Assembly (NCBI RefSeq): GCF_048593235.1 | Contig: NC_133620.1 | Span: forward strand, 28,181,772-28,245,771 | Direction: 5' to 3' | Origin: Sminthopsis crassicaudata | Lineage: Eukaryota | DNA: 64,000 bases | Part shown: piece after piece, positions 29,643 to 41,123 of the stretch | How positions within the stretch are numbered: position 1 is the first letter of the stretch | Layout of the letters: each line of letters opens with the position of its first letter | Program-made: the position numbers and the translations under genes | Notes under the pieces: model-generated | Told to the model about the DNA's origin: nothing | The model's database searches: none | What the model saw: the letters and a program-made list of their open reading frames with translations, nothing else

Positions 29643-29659
29643 CCTGGTGCTGATCCAGG

Positions 29660-30000
29660 CCGGGTTTCAGTCACCCCGCCCCGCACTTCCGGCCCCGACT
29701 CCCGCACACCCCAGTTACCGCTTCTCGCAGTCCGCAGCACCCGCCGGAGCACGAATTCCCGCCCCCAACGAGCCCGACCAATCGGATGGCGGCCTACCAG
29801 CGCGGCTGTCCATTGGCTGCGTCTCCTCAAGCGTCATCGGATGGGGCGTGGCCTAAGGCTCGTTGGGCGCGAGCGAGATTAAGGGGGAGCCAATACGCAG
29901 GCGCAGGGGGGAAGTGGCTGTAACCTGGCCCCGGGCAGACGCTGTGCTTGGTGGTTCTAAAAGCGCCCTGCAGAGGCTTCCCCGCCCGCGGGCTCGGACC
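29660..30000 (-). promoter_or_regulatory. RAD54L CpG-island promoter (NF-Y/E2F/ETS type)
   Basis: CCAAT boxes at 29778, 29812 (ATTGG, 34 bp spacing) and 29890. E2F-like TTCCCGC 29756-29762. CCGGAAGT on - at 29685-29692. NRF1-like sites at ~29896 and ~30455. TSS not directly observable. Confidence 0.7.
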
Positions 30001-30839
30001 GGCCCGGAACGCTCGCCGCTGCCTTCCTTTCCATTCCCCTCTGCCTCGTGTCCCCGCCGGGCCACTGGGGGCTCTGGAGAAGCCATCGGTACCACGGGAG
30101 AGGCCGGACACCGGCAGAGACCCGGGTTCTCCCCTCCGGGTGACCTTGGACCAGTCACTTCACCTCCCTGGAAACCGAGATTGGAGCATGGGCTCTCCAG
30201 AGTTCTATCCGCTTCTAGACCCACGTGCCAAGAGAACATCATGCAAGATCTTCCAGAAACTAAGGACAGCTGCTGTCAATCCGCTTGGGGGGAGGGGGAG
30301 GGGCTGTCTCTACCTAAGTCTACTCTTCCATTCGGTTGTATCTGTGTCTCTTGGAAGTAGATAAGCTTTTAGGGACTGGCTGGAGACTGAGAACACAGTG
30401 GGGCTGCGTAGTCTGAGGCCTGCCCTGCTTATTCTCCTGACGTCAGTCCAGCGAAGCGCAGGCGCAGGCCCAGGCTTGGGAGTCGTCACCTGCTCTCCCA
30501 CAGGCCCCTGGGGACCTTAAGTAATTCGTGTTTCTCCTCAGTTCACACATATATTGAGTCAAATTTTCATAAAATGAAGCGGGGCCTGCAGCGACTCATC
30601 CATTGTTGTAATGTACATATTGTCGTTTTCTGGGCCGGGATCAAAGACTGGGACAAAATCACAGATTTCCAAAGATCTTTGATGTAGGATTAAAAAAAAT
30701 AATTTGTGTCCATAGGTTTCATTGGTAGGGAGCTGAATCCCTCCCCCTTCTCAGAGAGACATCCCTTTTTTTAAAAAAGACAAAGAAGAAAAATCAAGTT
30801 AAGCAGGAGTTTAGGAGACTAGAAGAATATTCAGTTGAA

Positions 30840-31200
30840 ATCACGTCTGTGAAGATGAATTAGACGGACCTGTCTATAAAGCAGAAGAGAACAGCAAACT
30901 GGATCAGAAAACATCACCTAGCAACGTTTGCAAGAAATTCACTTGAAATCAATCTTTACACAGAATCAAAATAAGGGCAAATATATCATTGTGCTGCAAA
31001 ACTCAGAAAAACAGGGGTGGCCGTGGTAATTTCAAACAAAGAACAGCCTTAATTAAAATAACCAGAGAAACTATATTTTATTGAAAGGTGCTGTATGAAT
31101 AAATGAATTATTCAGTTCAACACGTGTATAAAGGGAAAGGGAAAGCTAAGCAAGTTACAAGAAGAAACAGAATGAAACTTCAGCACTGGGAGATCGCAGT
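30840..31200 (+). mobile_element. LINE1 ORF2 endonuclease-domain fragment (decayed)
   Basis: Translates as ...SIKQKRTANWIRK...KLRKTGVAVVISNK with stops, similar to the L1 endonuclease motifs KRxxxWIxK and KxGVAxxIS. Confidence 0.65.
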
Positions 31201-31289
31201 GTACCCCTTTCAGAACTAGACAAAACCAATCATCTTACAGTGCATATGATGTTCCTTACTCATGGAACCTCTTCAGAGCATTAGGGGGA

Positions 31290-32070
31290 AGTGTCATCTA
31301 ACATCTCTTCTTTAAACTTGTATTTTATAATTTCACAACATTCATTTCCAATATTTTTATGGTTGTTCTTAAATTTAGTGTTATAGTTATTGCATATATT
31401 GTATTCCTAGCATTGCTTGCTTTACATTTATCAGTTCATGTAAGTTTTTCCACACCTCTTTTCCTTTCTTACAGAACAATAACATTCCATTATGTTCATG
31501 CACCACTGTTTATTTGCCAATATATGGGCATCTATTTTATTTCCAATTCCTTTTTTTTTTTTTTTTCAAGGCAATGGGGTAAGTGACTTGCCCAGGGTCT
31601 TACAGCTAGGAAGTGTCTGAGACCAGATTTGAACTCAGATACTTCTGACCTCAGGGCTGGTGCTTTACCCACTGCACCATCTAGCTGCCCCCCAATTCTA
31701 CAAAAGTGTTACCATATTTTGGTGAACATGGAACCTTTCTTTTTAGTCAGTTACTTCCCTGATCCATATGCCTAGCAGTGGAATCTCTCAAGTCAGTGTC
31801 TGGATATTACTCTTTGAATAATTTCAACTTGCTTTGCAGAATAGTTATGGCTCCTCCAACAGACCATTAGTGTGCTAGTCTTCACAATTCCTCCAACATT
31901 ACTATCTTTTGTCATCTTTCCACAATTTTCTGAATGTGAAGAATTATTTTGATTTCATTGCTCTGATCATTAGTGATTTGAGCAGTCTTTCAGTGATTGA
32001 TAGTTTGCAATTTTGTCTTTTGAGAGCTGTTCTCATATCTTTGCTGGGGGTCAATAATACCTTCATTATT
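31290..32070 (-). mobile_element. Old LINE1 3' fragment with a nested WSINE1/MAR1-type SINE (~31550-31692)
   Basis: Reverse L1 text flanks a T-tailed SINE: caaggcaatggggtaagtgacttgcccagggtc...cactgcaccatctagctgcccc. Confidence 0.7.
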
Positions 32071-32082
32071 AAGTCTTATGGG

Positions 32083-32366
32083 TGGGAAATGAGTGTAAAC
32101 TGTTATTTTTACCTTCTGAATCCAATTCTTCCTGTGCAACAAGAAATTTGGTTCTACACACATATATTGTATCTAGAATATATTGTAATATATTTAACAT
32201 GTATAAGACTGCCTGCCATCTGGGGGAGGGGGTTGGGGGAGGAAGGGAAAAAATCTGAACAGAAGTGCGTGCAAGGGATAATGTTATAAAAAATTACCCA
32301 TGCATATGTACTGTCAAAAAAAAAAGTTATTATAAAATAAAATAAAACTTAAATTTAAAAAAAAAA
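32083..32366 (+). mobile_element. 5'-truncated L1 3' end with poly(A) and 12-bp TSD
   Basis: TSD aagtcttatggg at 32071-32082 and 32367-32378; A-rich tail. Confidence 0.85.
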
Positions 32367-32837
32367 AAGTCTTATGGGGTTTTTTCCTCAGTCTTCAGCC
32401 TTTTCCTCTCTGCCATATGTGGCAGTTTTATCCAAAGTGCGCTCTCCTAAATTTTCATGGCATTATTCTCTTTTGGTCTCTTCCTGCTCCAAGTCCAGCA
32501 CTCTGTTTATCATACACCTAACTGCCCATCTATGTCATCTTATTTAGGATTCTGTGAAATAGATGCTATCACTTTTCTCTTTTTAGAAATGAGAAAACTG
32601 AGTAAGAAAGTTACACAGCTAGCCAAGTGTCTGAGGCAACATTCGAACTCATTTCTTTCTGATTCTAAGTCTAGCCCTCTACTCCTAAACACAGCTCATT
32701 TCAGTCTCTCTCTTGAGCTCCAGTACTATTATCACCAATTCCCTACTGAACATTTTGCCTAGAGATCTCTCAAAATCAACATACTATATTCCAAACAGAA
32801 TTCACTGTATCTTCTCACTCCCTGAAACTCACCCCTT

Positions 32838-32962
32838 GGGAGCAGCCAGATGGTTCTGTGTAGAGTCAGGAGGACCTGAGTTCAAATTTGACCCCAGACA
32901 CTTAACACTTTTTAGTTGTGTGATCCTGAACAAGTCACTTAACCCCATTGACTGCAAAAATA
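32838..32962 (+). mobile_element. WSINE1-type SINE
   Basis: ggagcagccagatgg...gagtcaggaggacctgagttcaaattt...acacttaacact...aagtcacttaacccc. Confidence 0.75.
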
Positions 32963-34009
32963 AGAACATGGAATAGAAACTCAACCTTCTACTAAACATC
33001 CAGGGTACCACCATCTCCCAGGTTCAGACCCTCAGCATTATTGCCTTACACCCCCATCCAAGCAGGTGCTAAATCTATTCCTTATCCCTTCACCTATTAC
33101 ATGTTCTATGGATGCTTAGAAATATAGTAAACAGTCAATAATTATTTAATAAGCACCTACTATGTGCCAGACATAATGAAAATCTTACAGTCTAATAGGG
33201 GAAGACAACACAAAAAGCAGAAAAGGTGGGGGAGGTGCCAATGAGTTTCTCACTTATTGCATTTAAAAATATTTTGAGAAGGGGTCAAGAGGCTTCACTA
33301 AACTATAAAGGTTCAACATGGACAAAGTGAAAAGCCTCTGTCCTAAAGAAAAGCCCACTATCTTTTGGGTGGGGGAAGGGAGGCAATCAAGAGTTAAGTG
33401 ACTTGCTCAGAGTCACCCAGCTAATAAATGTCTCAGGCAAGATTTGAACTCAGGTCCTGGAAGCTCGTTGCCTTTTGAGGAAGCCCATTCCACTCCACAG
33501 AGGGCCAGAACTAATTGGTAAATTTTTCCTTACTTGTGCCTCTTTATAACTTCTCCACTTGGATCTGGGGCCAAGAAGAACAAAGCCAATCCTTCAGATA
33601 TTTGAAGGCCACAATCCAGTCACTCCACTTGCCTCCACCCTTGTTCCTCTCTCCTCTAAGAGGGCTGAATGTCCTCAATACTCCTATGTGTCCTCTTATA
33701 CTCCTCCCCTTCCTGACTTCATGCCTCTCAAGCTGGACTCCACTGGGGAGCAGTTTAAGGAGGGGGAAAGGAAACAATGATGGAGAGGGGAGGCGAGAGA
33801 TGGCCAAGTCAGGAGTTGTAGGGGAGGGACAAGCTGTCTTCCAGTGTCTGACCCCACCTGATGCTCAGAAAGGACAGCAAAGAGTGGCCACCCCGGCAGC
33901 CTGGTTGGCTCACAGTGGAAGCAGCAGTGGAGTTCAGAACCTGGGAGAGGAGAAATCCTCCTGCCAGTCATGCCAGGGTAGGCAAATAAGTGGAAAGGGA
34001 AAGCTCTTG

Positions 34010-34197
34010 TGCAAGTGCTTGCCATAGTTAATATCTCATTTGATCCTCACAACAGCCCTGGGTGGTAGGTGCAATGATTATCTTCATTTTACAGGAAAGG
34101 AAACTGAGGCAGGGTGAAAAGACTTGCCCAGGCTCACAAAGCTAGTCAGTGTCTGAGGCTGAATTTGCGCTCTATCCACTGGGCCACCAGCTGCTTC
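34010..34197 (-). mobile_element. MIR/MAR-type CORE-SINE
   Basis: tctcatttgatcctcacaacagccctg...cattttacaggaaaggaaactgaggc...gacttgcccagg. Confidence 0.75.
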
Positions 34198-34837
34198 TGA
34201 TGACCGGATGTCTCTCCTATGTGCTGGAGTCTGAGTCAAGCTTTATGGGAGCTGAGTTTGGGCCCCATGGCAGGGGCAGTCTCCTTTATTCTCTCCCCCA
34301 TCTATCATGAAGGCAAGTTAATTTGTCTGGGCCACTTCCCCCTTCCACAGTGGCAATTCCACTCAGAATTAGCCTCATTTGCTATCAAAAAAGGAAAGGG
34401 AGAGGGGATCTAGGCTGAATCCTGGCTTCCCATCCTCCCTTGAGCACTGTGGCTTCAGCTTCTCCCCCCTGCCTTAGTTTACCTTTTGCCAAGCCACTAT
34501 GGGAAATTTATGGACAGAGGTTCTTGTCCTCCCAGACATCCCACCATTCTGAGGGGGGCCTAGAGTTCTTCAACCATTAGACAGAGACAAATGGACACAC
34601 AAATCAGAGACAAAGACACACACAAATCAGAGAATAAAAAACAAGAGACATGTGTTAAATGGGCTAAAATCACAGAGAGAAAGACACCCCATGAGCCTCA
34701 GCTTTGAGAAAGTAGACAAAGAATCTTCAACTTGGCAGTTGAGACAAAGGGAGACAGAGTTGGAGGCGCAGAGAAGACAGACGGGGCAGTGGGCAGCTGG
34801 TGCCATGTGGGCAGAACAGGCTCAGGCAACAATGGAC

Positions 34838-34843
34838 TTTATT
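34838..34843 (-). terminator. Probable LURAP1 polyadenylation signal
   Basis: AATAAA on -, ~960 nt after the stop codon, followed by a U/C-rich downstream tract. Confidence 0.45.
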
Positions 34844-35795
34844 GAAACTGAGTATTGTGGGCCTTCTTTCCTCCCCCCTCTCCTCAAATAAACTTACCCT
34901 CCCTCCCCCCCAACTCTGAGGCTCAAGACCTATGGCACTGAGACTGGATAGAGATCAAGGGTCATGAATTGGCATACAATCGGGGTATGGGAGTGGCAGG
35001 AGAAGAGGAAGCTCAGGTACAGCCCAGGCTGGACCACTGAGGCAGAATTCTGTTCCTCTCTCCCTCCCCTCCCCCCCATCAGCAGAGAAGGGGGGGTGGA
35101 GGGTGGGGGGAATACTAGCACAAGGTTCTTCCTCAACACTGGTAAGGTGGAGACCAACAGGAAATGACACTGCTAGGAAATCTCAAGGGAGCCCATGGGA
35201 AGGAGGGTTCTATCACAGCCAAGGAGAAGCTTGACCACTAGGAGGTGATGTTGACCGGTCTCCCAATCCTACAGTCAACGGGAAGAAGTAGCTCCCAGGT
35301 GGTGGGTTTGGGGCCTCCCACCTTCTCCACAGACTGTGATGCTATCCCTGATGCAGGGAAGAAGTGAGTTGCCACCCAAAAATCTTGGTGACTGTAGGGA
35401 ATGGGGAGATGCTTCCACCCTGACTCCTCCCATCGCCATCTAACAGCTGGAGGAGGCTAGCTTGGAAGGGCGGACAACGCTAACCCTTCTCCGATGTTCA
35501 TCCCACCAGCTTCCCCTAAATTGGGCAGGGCCTTCACTAGGCCAACATTGCCATTGGGCTGTCTTCCTGAAGGAGGGGGCCATAGGAGACAGCTTCTTAC
35601 AAGGGAAGAGTTGGGGAGAGGGAGGCCGGTCTGAGGAACATCTTGGGAGTCTAGTTCTCCATTTCTTTCCCTAAGTCTTCAGATTTTCAATTGAAATTTA
35701 AAGCCAAAAGGAATCTCTGAACCCATGCTGTCTCCCCAGTCGGAGAATGATAGGAAGCGGACAGATTCAGGGGAGACAAGAGGCCTGTGGGGCTG

Positions 35796-38700
35796 CTACA
35801 AGAACGTCACGTCATCCTGACACTGTCCCCAGTACCAGTGGGCCCCGTAGCTGAGGCCAGTCCTGGCATCCTCAGGGACCTCCTCTCCAGGAGGTTTCCG
35901 CCCCAACCTCGCCCCCGACACCGAGTCGGCCTCTGTCCAGGGTCTCTCCTCCGAGGGAGACGCCTTTGCCCAGGCCACGCTAGAAGGAAGATGCCGGGGG
36001 CCGGCCTCCGAGAGCCCCTCGTCATCGGGCTCAGCCCCTGAGGCCAGCGTGTCCAGGTAGCTGCCGATGGAGACGCTGTCCAGCCGGTCTATGGCTGCGG
36101 CTGTGGTGGTGGTGGGGGTGGGATCAGGCAGGCTCTCCCAGCTGCCTCGGTGGGAGCAGGCTCCTGGGCTGCCCCCCGTCAGGCTGTACTGGCTGCTGGT
36201 GAGGCTGCTGCAGCGGCTAGCCAGGGCGCCCCGCTCCTCCAGCAGCCAGCGCACCGCCTCGATGCCCTCGTTCACTGTGACCAGCTGCTGCAAGATCTTC
36301 ACATCGGTGGCTCGAAGGTAAGCCTGGAGAGAGAGGGAGAGGGTTACAGGCTGAGTCTGGGCAGGGGGAGCCAGGCCAGTCCCTTAATAATGAAGGCTGC
36401 CTGATGGGGCAGGTCAGGAAACAGTCCCAATTCTGGAGCCCAGAGTTATAAGCTAGCCACTTCTACACACACACACGCACAGACACACATGCACAGACAC
36501 ACACACACACAGATACTCACAGACACACACACACAGATACTCACAGACACTCACACACACACTCACACTGATTCAGTTTTCTCATCTGCAAAATGACGGT
36601 TCTCGGGGTTAGGAAGTTCTTCCTGCCGAGCAGCCTCCGTTGGCCTTTTGGGGACTTCTCCCCTAGGGTACCTGGAGCCCAGCAGGGTCAGGCTGATCTT
36701 TGTTTCATAGGCCAGCCCTTCACATATCTGAAGACAGTTCTCCTGACAATATCACACAAACGGCTGATCCTGGTTCTAGAGGAGGGATGATGAACTATCC
36801 TCTATCCCTGTTCTTGGCAAACCCTCCAGATGCCCACTTTCACACCTGCTGCTGGGTCAGATCACCATGCAATTCAATGGGTCCCAGAAATCTAGGGGAA
36901 CTTTATTGTGTGTCCATTGGATTAAGGTTGGATTTGGGGGCAGGGCACTAGAAGTCACAACTGACATCTTTAGGAGGATTAGGATGTATGAGGGGCAAAG
37001 GCTAGGAGGCTGAGCCTCTCACAGCAACAGTGAGGCTCTCCATGTTTGGTGACTAAGCAAGAGCCAAGTGGGCTGATGGGGGACAGCAGGAGGTAGCCAA
37101 AGGGTTCCCCAGCTTGGATATGATCCCTATAGAATACAAAAGGATGGGGCAGAGAGAATGACTTGCCAACAGTCAAATTGTCAAGTCAGTGAGAAAGTTG
37201 AGGCAAGGACCAAGAAGTCAGTGGGGGCACCAACGGGGAGAAGAGGGAAAGGAAAGAAGATTGGCCAGACCGCCAAAGAGGAAAGGCCAGCAGGAGGGTC
37301 CCCAGATGTCAGAGTAGATGGGGAAAAGCAAGATCAGATACCTGTGGAAGGTACTACCTGGGTTGGGGCTTCTTCAAGAGAGAGCTGGAGAGTAAAGGAA
37401 TTTGAGTTAGAAGCTCCAAGGATGTCCCAGAAGTCTGCCCTCCACCTCAGAATGTCCAGGACAAGCTGGCTGGGAGGAGGCAGTGAGGTATGTCCATTCC
37501 CCTAGTGTCTCAGAGACCAGAATGGCTACCTGAAATGGGGACAACATGCTCCAGGTCAGGGAAGAATGGGGGGAGTGCCTGAGGGGCAGATGTAAGCTGT
37601 TCTCTCCTCCTGGCCAGAGGGAGCCAAGAACCCAGGAAATTACCTTTTGGTGCCCCAAGGCCCCTGGATGTGCCTCTAGGGCTACTTGTAGGGGCTAAAT
37701 GAGTCCTCCAGTCTCAGAAGGTGGCCAAGACTGGAGCTAGGAGGACCCGACCAATTGCCAAATTTCTGGTGGCCAGAAGGAACATCACCACCCCAAGAAG
37801 GAATGGGCTGCCTAGGAAAGTGCTGAACTCCCAAACATCCACAGGGCTAAAAGAGAAAGGGTTCTGGTGCAGGGTCAAACTAGACTATAAACTTTGGGAA
37901 GAGGGCAATGGGATAGGGGGCTCTGGTCTGGAGTGCCCTCCAAGGAACCCTACAACAAGCACAATGTTTCCTGAATTCTGGGCCGGCCCAGATTCTGCCC
38001 CCAATAGAGAACCATACAGATAGGCCAGGTAGGATCAGGGTGACAGAGAATACTTTGTTATTGTTAATCAGTTGTGTGTGATCCCATTTGGTGTTTTCTC
38101 AATAAAGACACGAGAGTGCTTTGCCATTTCCTTCTCCTGCTCATTTTACAGATGAGGAAACTGAGGCCACCTGCATTATTTTAATCACTTGCCCAGGGTC
38201 ACCTGCTAGGAAGTCTAAGGTCAGATTTGAACTCATAAAGATGAGATTTCCTGACTTCACTGCACCACCTAGCGGCCAGAGAGAGAGAGACAGATTTCTA
38301 AAAACAGGCCCCAGAGCCACTAGGAAGAGGTCACCAGAACCAAAGAATCCGCATGAATATGAATGGCTGCAGGGGATGGAAAGTGGAGAGTGACATCACA
38401 GTCCGCGTCCCTAGGGAAAAAGCAGGGACTGCTTTTGGGCTCCCAACCCCCTCAACTCCCGCTAGGGGCATTTGGGGATTCTCAGAGAATTTGGAAACAT
38501 AGACCATCCCAGCTCAAAGAAAGCTGGGAATTCACTGAGTTTGATCCCGGTTCTACAGGGCAGGATGCTCAAGGTCACTCACCTAGGAAGGGTCTAAGCT
38601 AGGAATCCCCCCTCCCCCGCCAACTGCCAGGGTTAGAATATTCCCCAGGGGCTCTGGTTGTGGCAGGAGTGGGAGGGCTCCTGGAGGGGGAGGAATAGGA

Positions 38701-41123
38701 ATGCCCCATTCCGCCCCACCCCATCCCTAGCCCACCAAGAGGCCACTTCTGCAGCAGCATTCAGACTCTTGGTTAGGAAGGGAGGAAAAGCAGGGTGCCG
38801 TGCCAGCCCACCTTGGGGGGGACAGCTGGGTTGGCAGATGGAGGTATGAAGGGCAGAGCCATCCTCCCTTCCCACACACAGATTTGGGGGGAGGTAATAG
38901 GAGCCTTAAAGGGCCAGTGCTCCAAAGTCACAGAGTCTCCAAAGTAGAAGCGAGCTGACAGTGGCAGATAAATCAGGGCTCCTTAGACCTGGAGTGAAGG
39001 AAACTACCGGAACTCACCGCCAATTAAGGGACAGAGTGGGCCTTGGAATGCGGATCCTTAAGCCTGCCATCTAGGGGAGGGGGTGGAGGAAAGGAGGGGA
39101 AAATTCAGAACAGAAGGGAGTACAAGGGGTAATGTTAAGAAAAAATTACCTATGCATATGTACTGTCAAAAATGTTATAATTATAAAATTAATTAAAAAA
39201 AAAAAAAAAAAAGGAATACGGGTCCTTTACCATCCACTCCACAGTCACAGATTAATGGAAAATGGTAGGGCCCGACTATTCTCCCACTCCAGGGGAAAGG
39301 AGATGATCAGAGGAGGCTGGACACCAGGATGACTGGGTCTCACCAGCTGGGTCCCTGGGAAGCCAGATTGGGGGTTTGGAGAGAAACTAGAGGAACAAAG
39401 CTCCCCATTGCACTCCCCACCCCAGTTAAACAGGCATCCTCATGGGGGACCAAAATTCAAAAAAATCCCTTCCCCTAACTCTACCTTGTCTGAATACAGG
39501 GAGAAGTTAGAAAGTGTTAACATTGAAGGGGAAAGAGCCTGAGACGAACACTTCTATGCCTGACATTACCTTTGTAACCTCAGACAAGTTTCTTTGGGGC
39601 TCAGTTTCCCCATCTGTGAAGTGGGCTAACAAGTGGCTCTCAGAGGGATGGAGTGGAGAAGTACTTTGTAAACTTTTCTACAAATTGGGGGCTACAACTA
39701 TTACTAACTCCACAAGGTCATCCTGGATTGGAGCCTAGCTAGTTCACTCCCAGGAGCCTCTTGGGTTCAGCTTTCCACCTCTCTGTGCAAAGTCCTGTGA
39801 CGCTAGAAGAGGCCAGTCTCTGTGCACTTGGCTTTGGACAGCAGACTAGAGATTAATGGGGTTCTCTAACGGCACTGTGGCATCGAGAGGCTCAGGGCCA
39901 GCCAGAGAGCTGATCCCTCAGAAGAGACTCCAGGGCCCCCCGAAGGCCACCAGGAGGCAGTAAAAGCAACCATCAGCATAGGGCTTTCCCTGGCCTCCCC
40001 ACTCTTCTCCCCGCCTCCGCTCTAAGTTACCGAGTGGAAAACTGAGATTCTGGAGAGTTGCAGGGATTTGTCCAAGGTCAGGCAGCGGGCGAGTGGCCTC
40101 CACAGGCCTCCCATTCACGGCCTCTCCGCCATGCTCCACCTGCCTGTTTCTCACTCTGAGACCCTCAGATCAGGGAGGCGGCTCTCCAGCTAATTCAGAG
40201 ACCACCGGCTTTTAGCAGAGCCATGAGTGGGGAGGTGGGATCTGGGGCAGAAGCTGCCCCACACAAACCCCCACCCCGGGGGAGGGCGGCGCTCGAAGAG
40301 GGCTCCGGGAGCGCGGCTGCTTTGGCCGCACCTCCTCCCCTAACGCAGGGTTAGGAGGTCGCCAGGGTCTGGGAAGCGGATGCCTGGAGGAACGGGGGAG
40401 GGGCCGTCCCAGCGGCCAAAGTGGCTTACGGAGCCCTGACTTTGGTGAGAGCCCCCTCTTTCACTCCTTTGCAGCCCGGTCCCGCTGAGGGGTCTTGTCC
40501 AGGGTCCTACACCTGCTGGCGGCTGGCATTTCGATCCGGGCCCCAGAGCGGATGGGGCGGGTGTCTGGGCCGTGAGGCAGATCCCGCCACCCCCTTCGGA
40601 AAGGGAAACCTGACCTTTCATCCTGGAATCAGACTGGGGGGGAAGCGGGCGACGGAAGAAGCTCGGGCACATCTTTTCCTCGGCCCTGGGGGTGGAGGCT
40701 GGCCCAGACTCGGGTTTCCGAGCCCCCAAAGCCCCTCCTCAAGTTCGGCGCACCTAGCCCGGCTTTAAGCTGTGGACGGCGGGTGGGGGGGGGGGTATCC
40801 AGCAGGCGCATTATAACCGTTGGGAGCGCAGAAACGGCAGGGGGGGGAGGAGCGAAGAGCGTGCTCCAGTCCGAGCGTGGGGAGGGGGCCAGGAGGAGAG
40901 ACTCACTCACCAGCTCCAGCCTGAGCGCCGTGACCTTGTCGCCCAGACCGAGGCCGGGGCCGGGGCCATGGTCGGCTTGGGTTCCTCGGGGAAGCGGTAG
41001 CGGCGCGGGGACTGGCTCTCCCTCGCCCCGCAAACTGCGGAGCAGCCCCTCGGGCGTCTTCCGTCCCACCTTGCCTTCCACGTCCCGCAGGTCGGGCGCC
41101 GAGCACTCCGGGGTCCCCTCCAT
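35796..41123 (-). CDS. LURAP1: Leucine rich adaptor protein 1 (LRAP35a), complete, 2 exons, 246 aa
   Basis: Exon 1 40911-41123 (MEGTPECSAPDLRDVEGKVGRKTPEGLLRSLRG...ALRLEL | GTGAGT). Exon 2 35796-36323 (AG | AYLRATDVKILQQLVTVNEGIEAVRWLLEERG...HWYWGQCQDDVTFL*). C-terminal PDZ-binding-type VTFL is retained. Confidence 0.96.
36463..36568. repeat. Compound (CA)n/(CACAGA)n microsatellite
   Basis: cacacacacacgcacagacacacatgcacagacacacacacacacagatactcac... Confidence 0.9.
38050..38279 (-). mobile_element. MAR1-type SINE (CORE plus RTE-derived tail)
   Basis: gagtgctttgccatttccttctcc (RTE-like tail), cattttacagatgaggaaactgaggc (core), tcagatttgaactc, head ctgcaccacctagcggcc. Confidence 0.75.
39060..39212 (+). 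mobile_element. Short L1 3' end with poly(A) and 15-bp TSD
   Basis: TSD ggaatgcggatcctt (39045-39059) and ggaatacgggtcctt (39213-39227); same family as 32083-32366. Confidence 0.85.
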
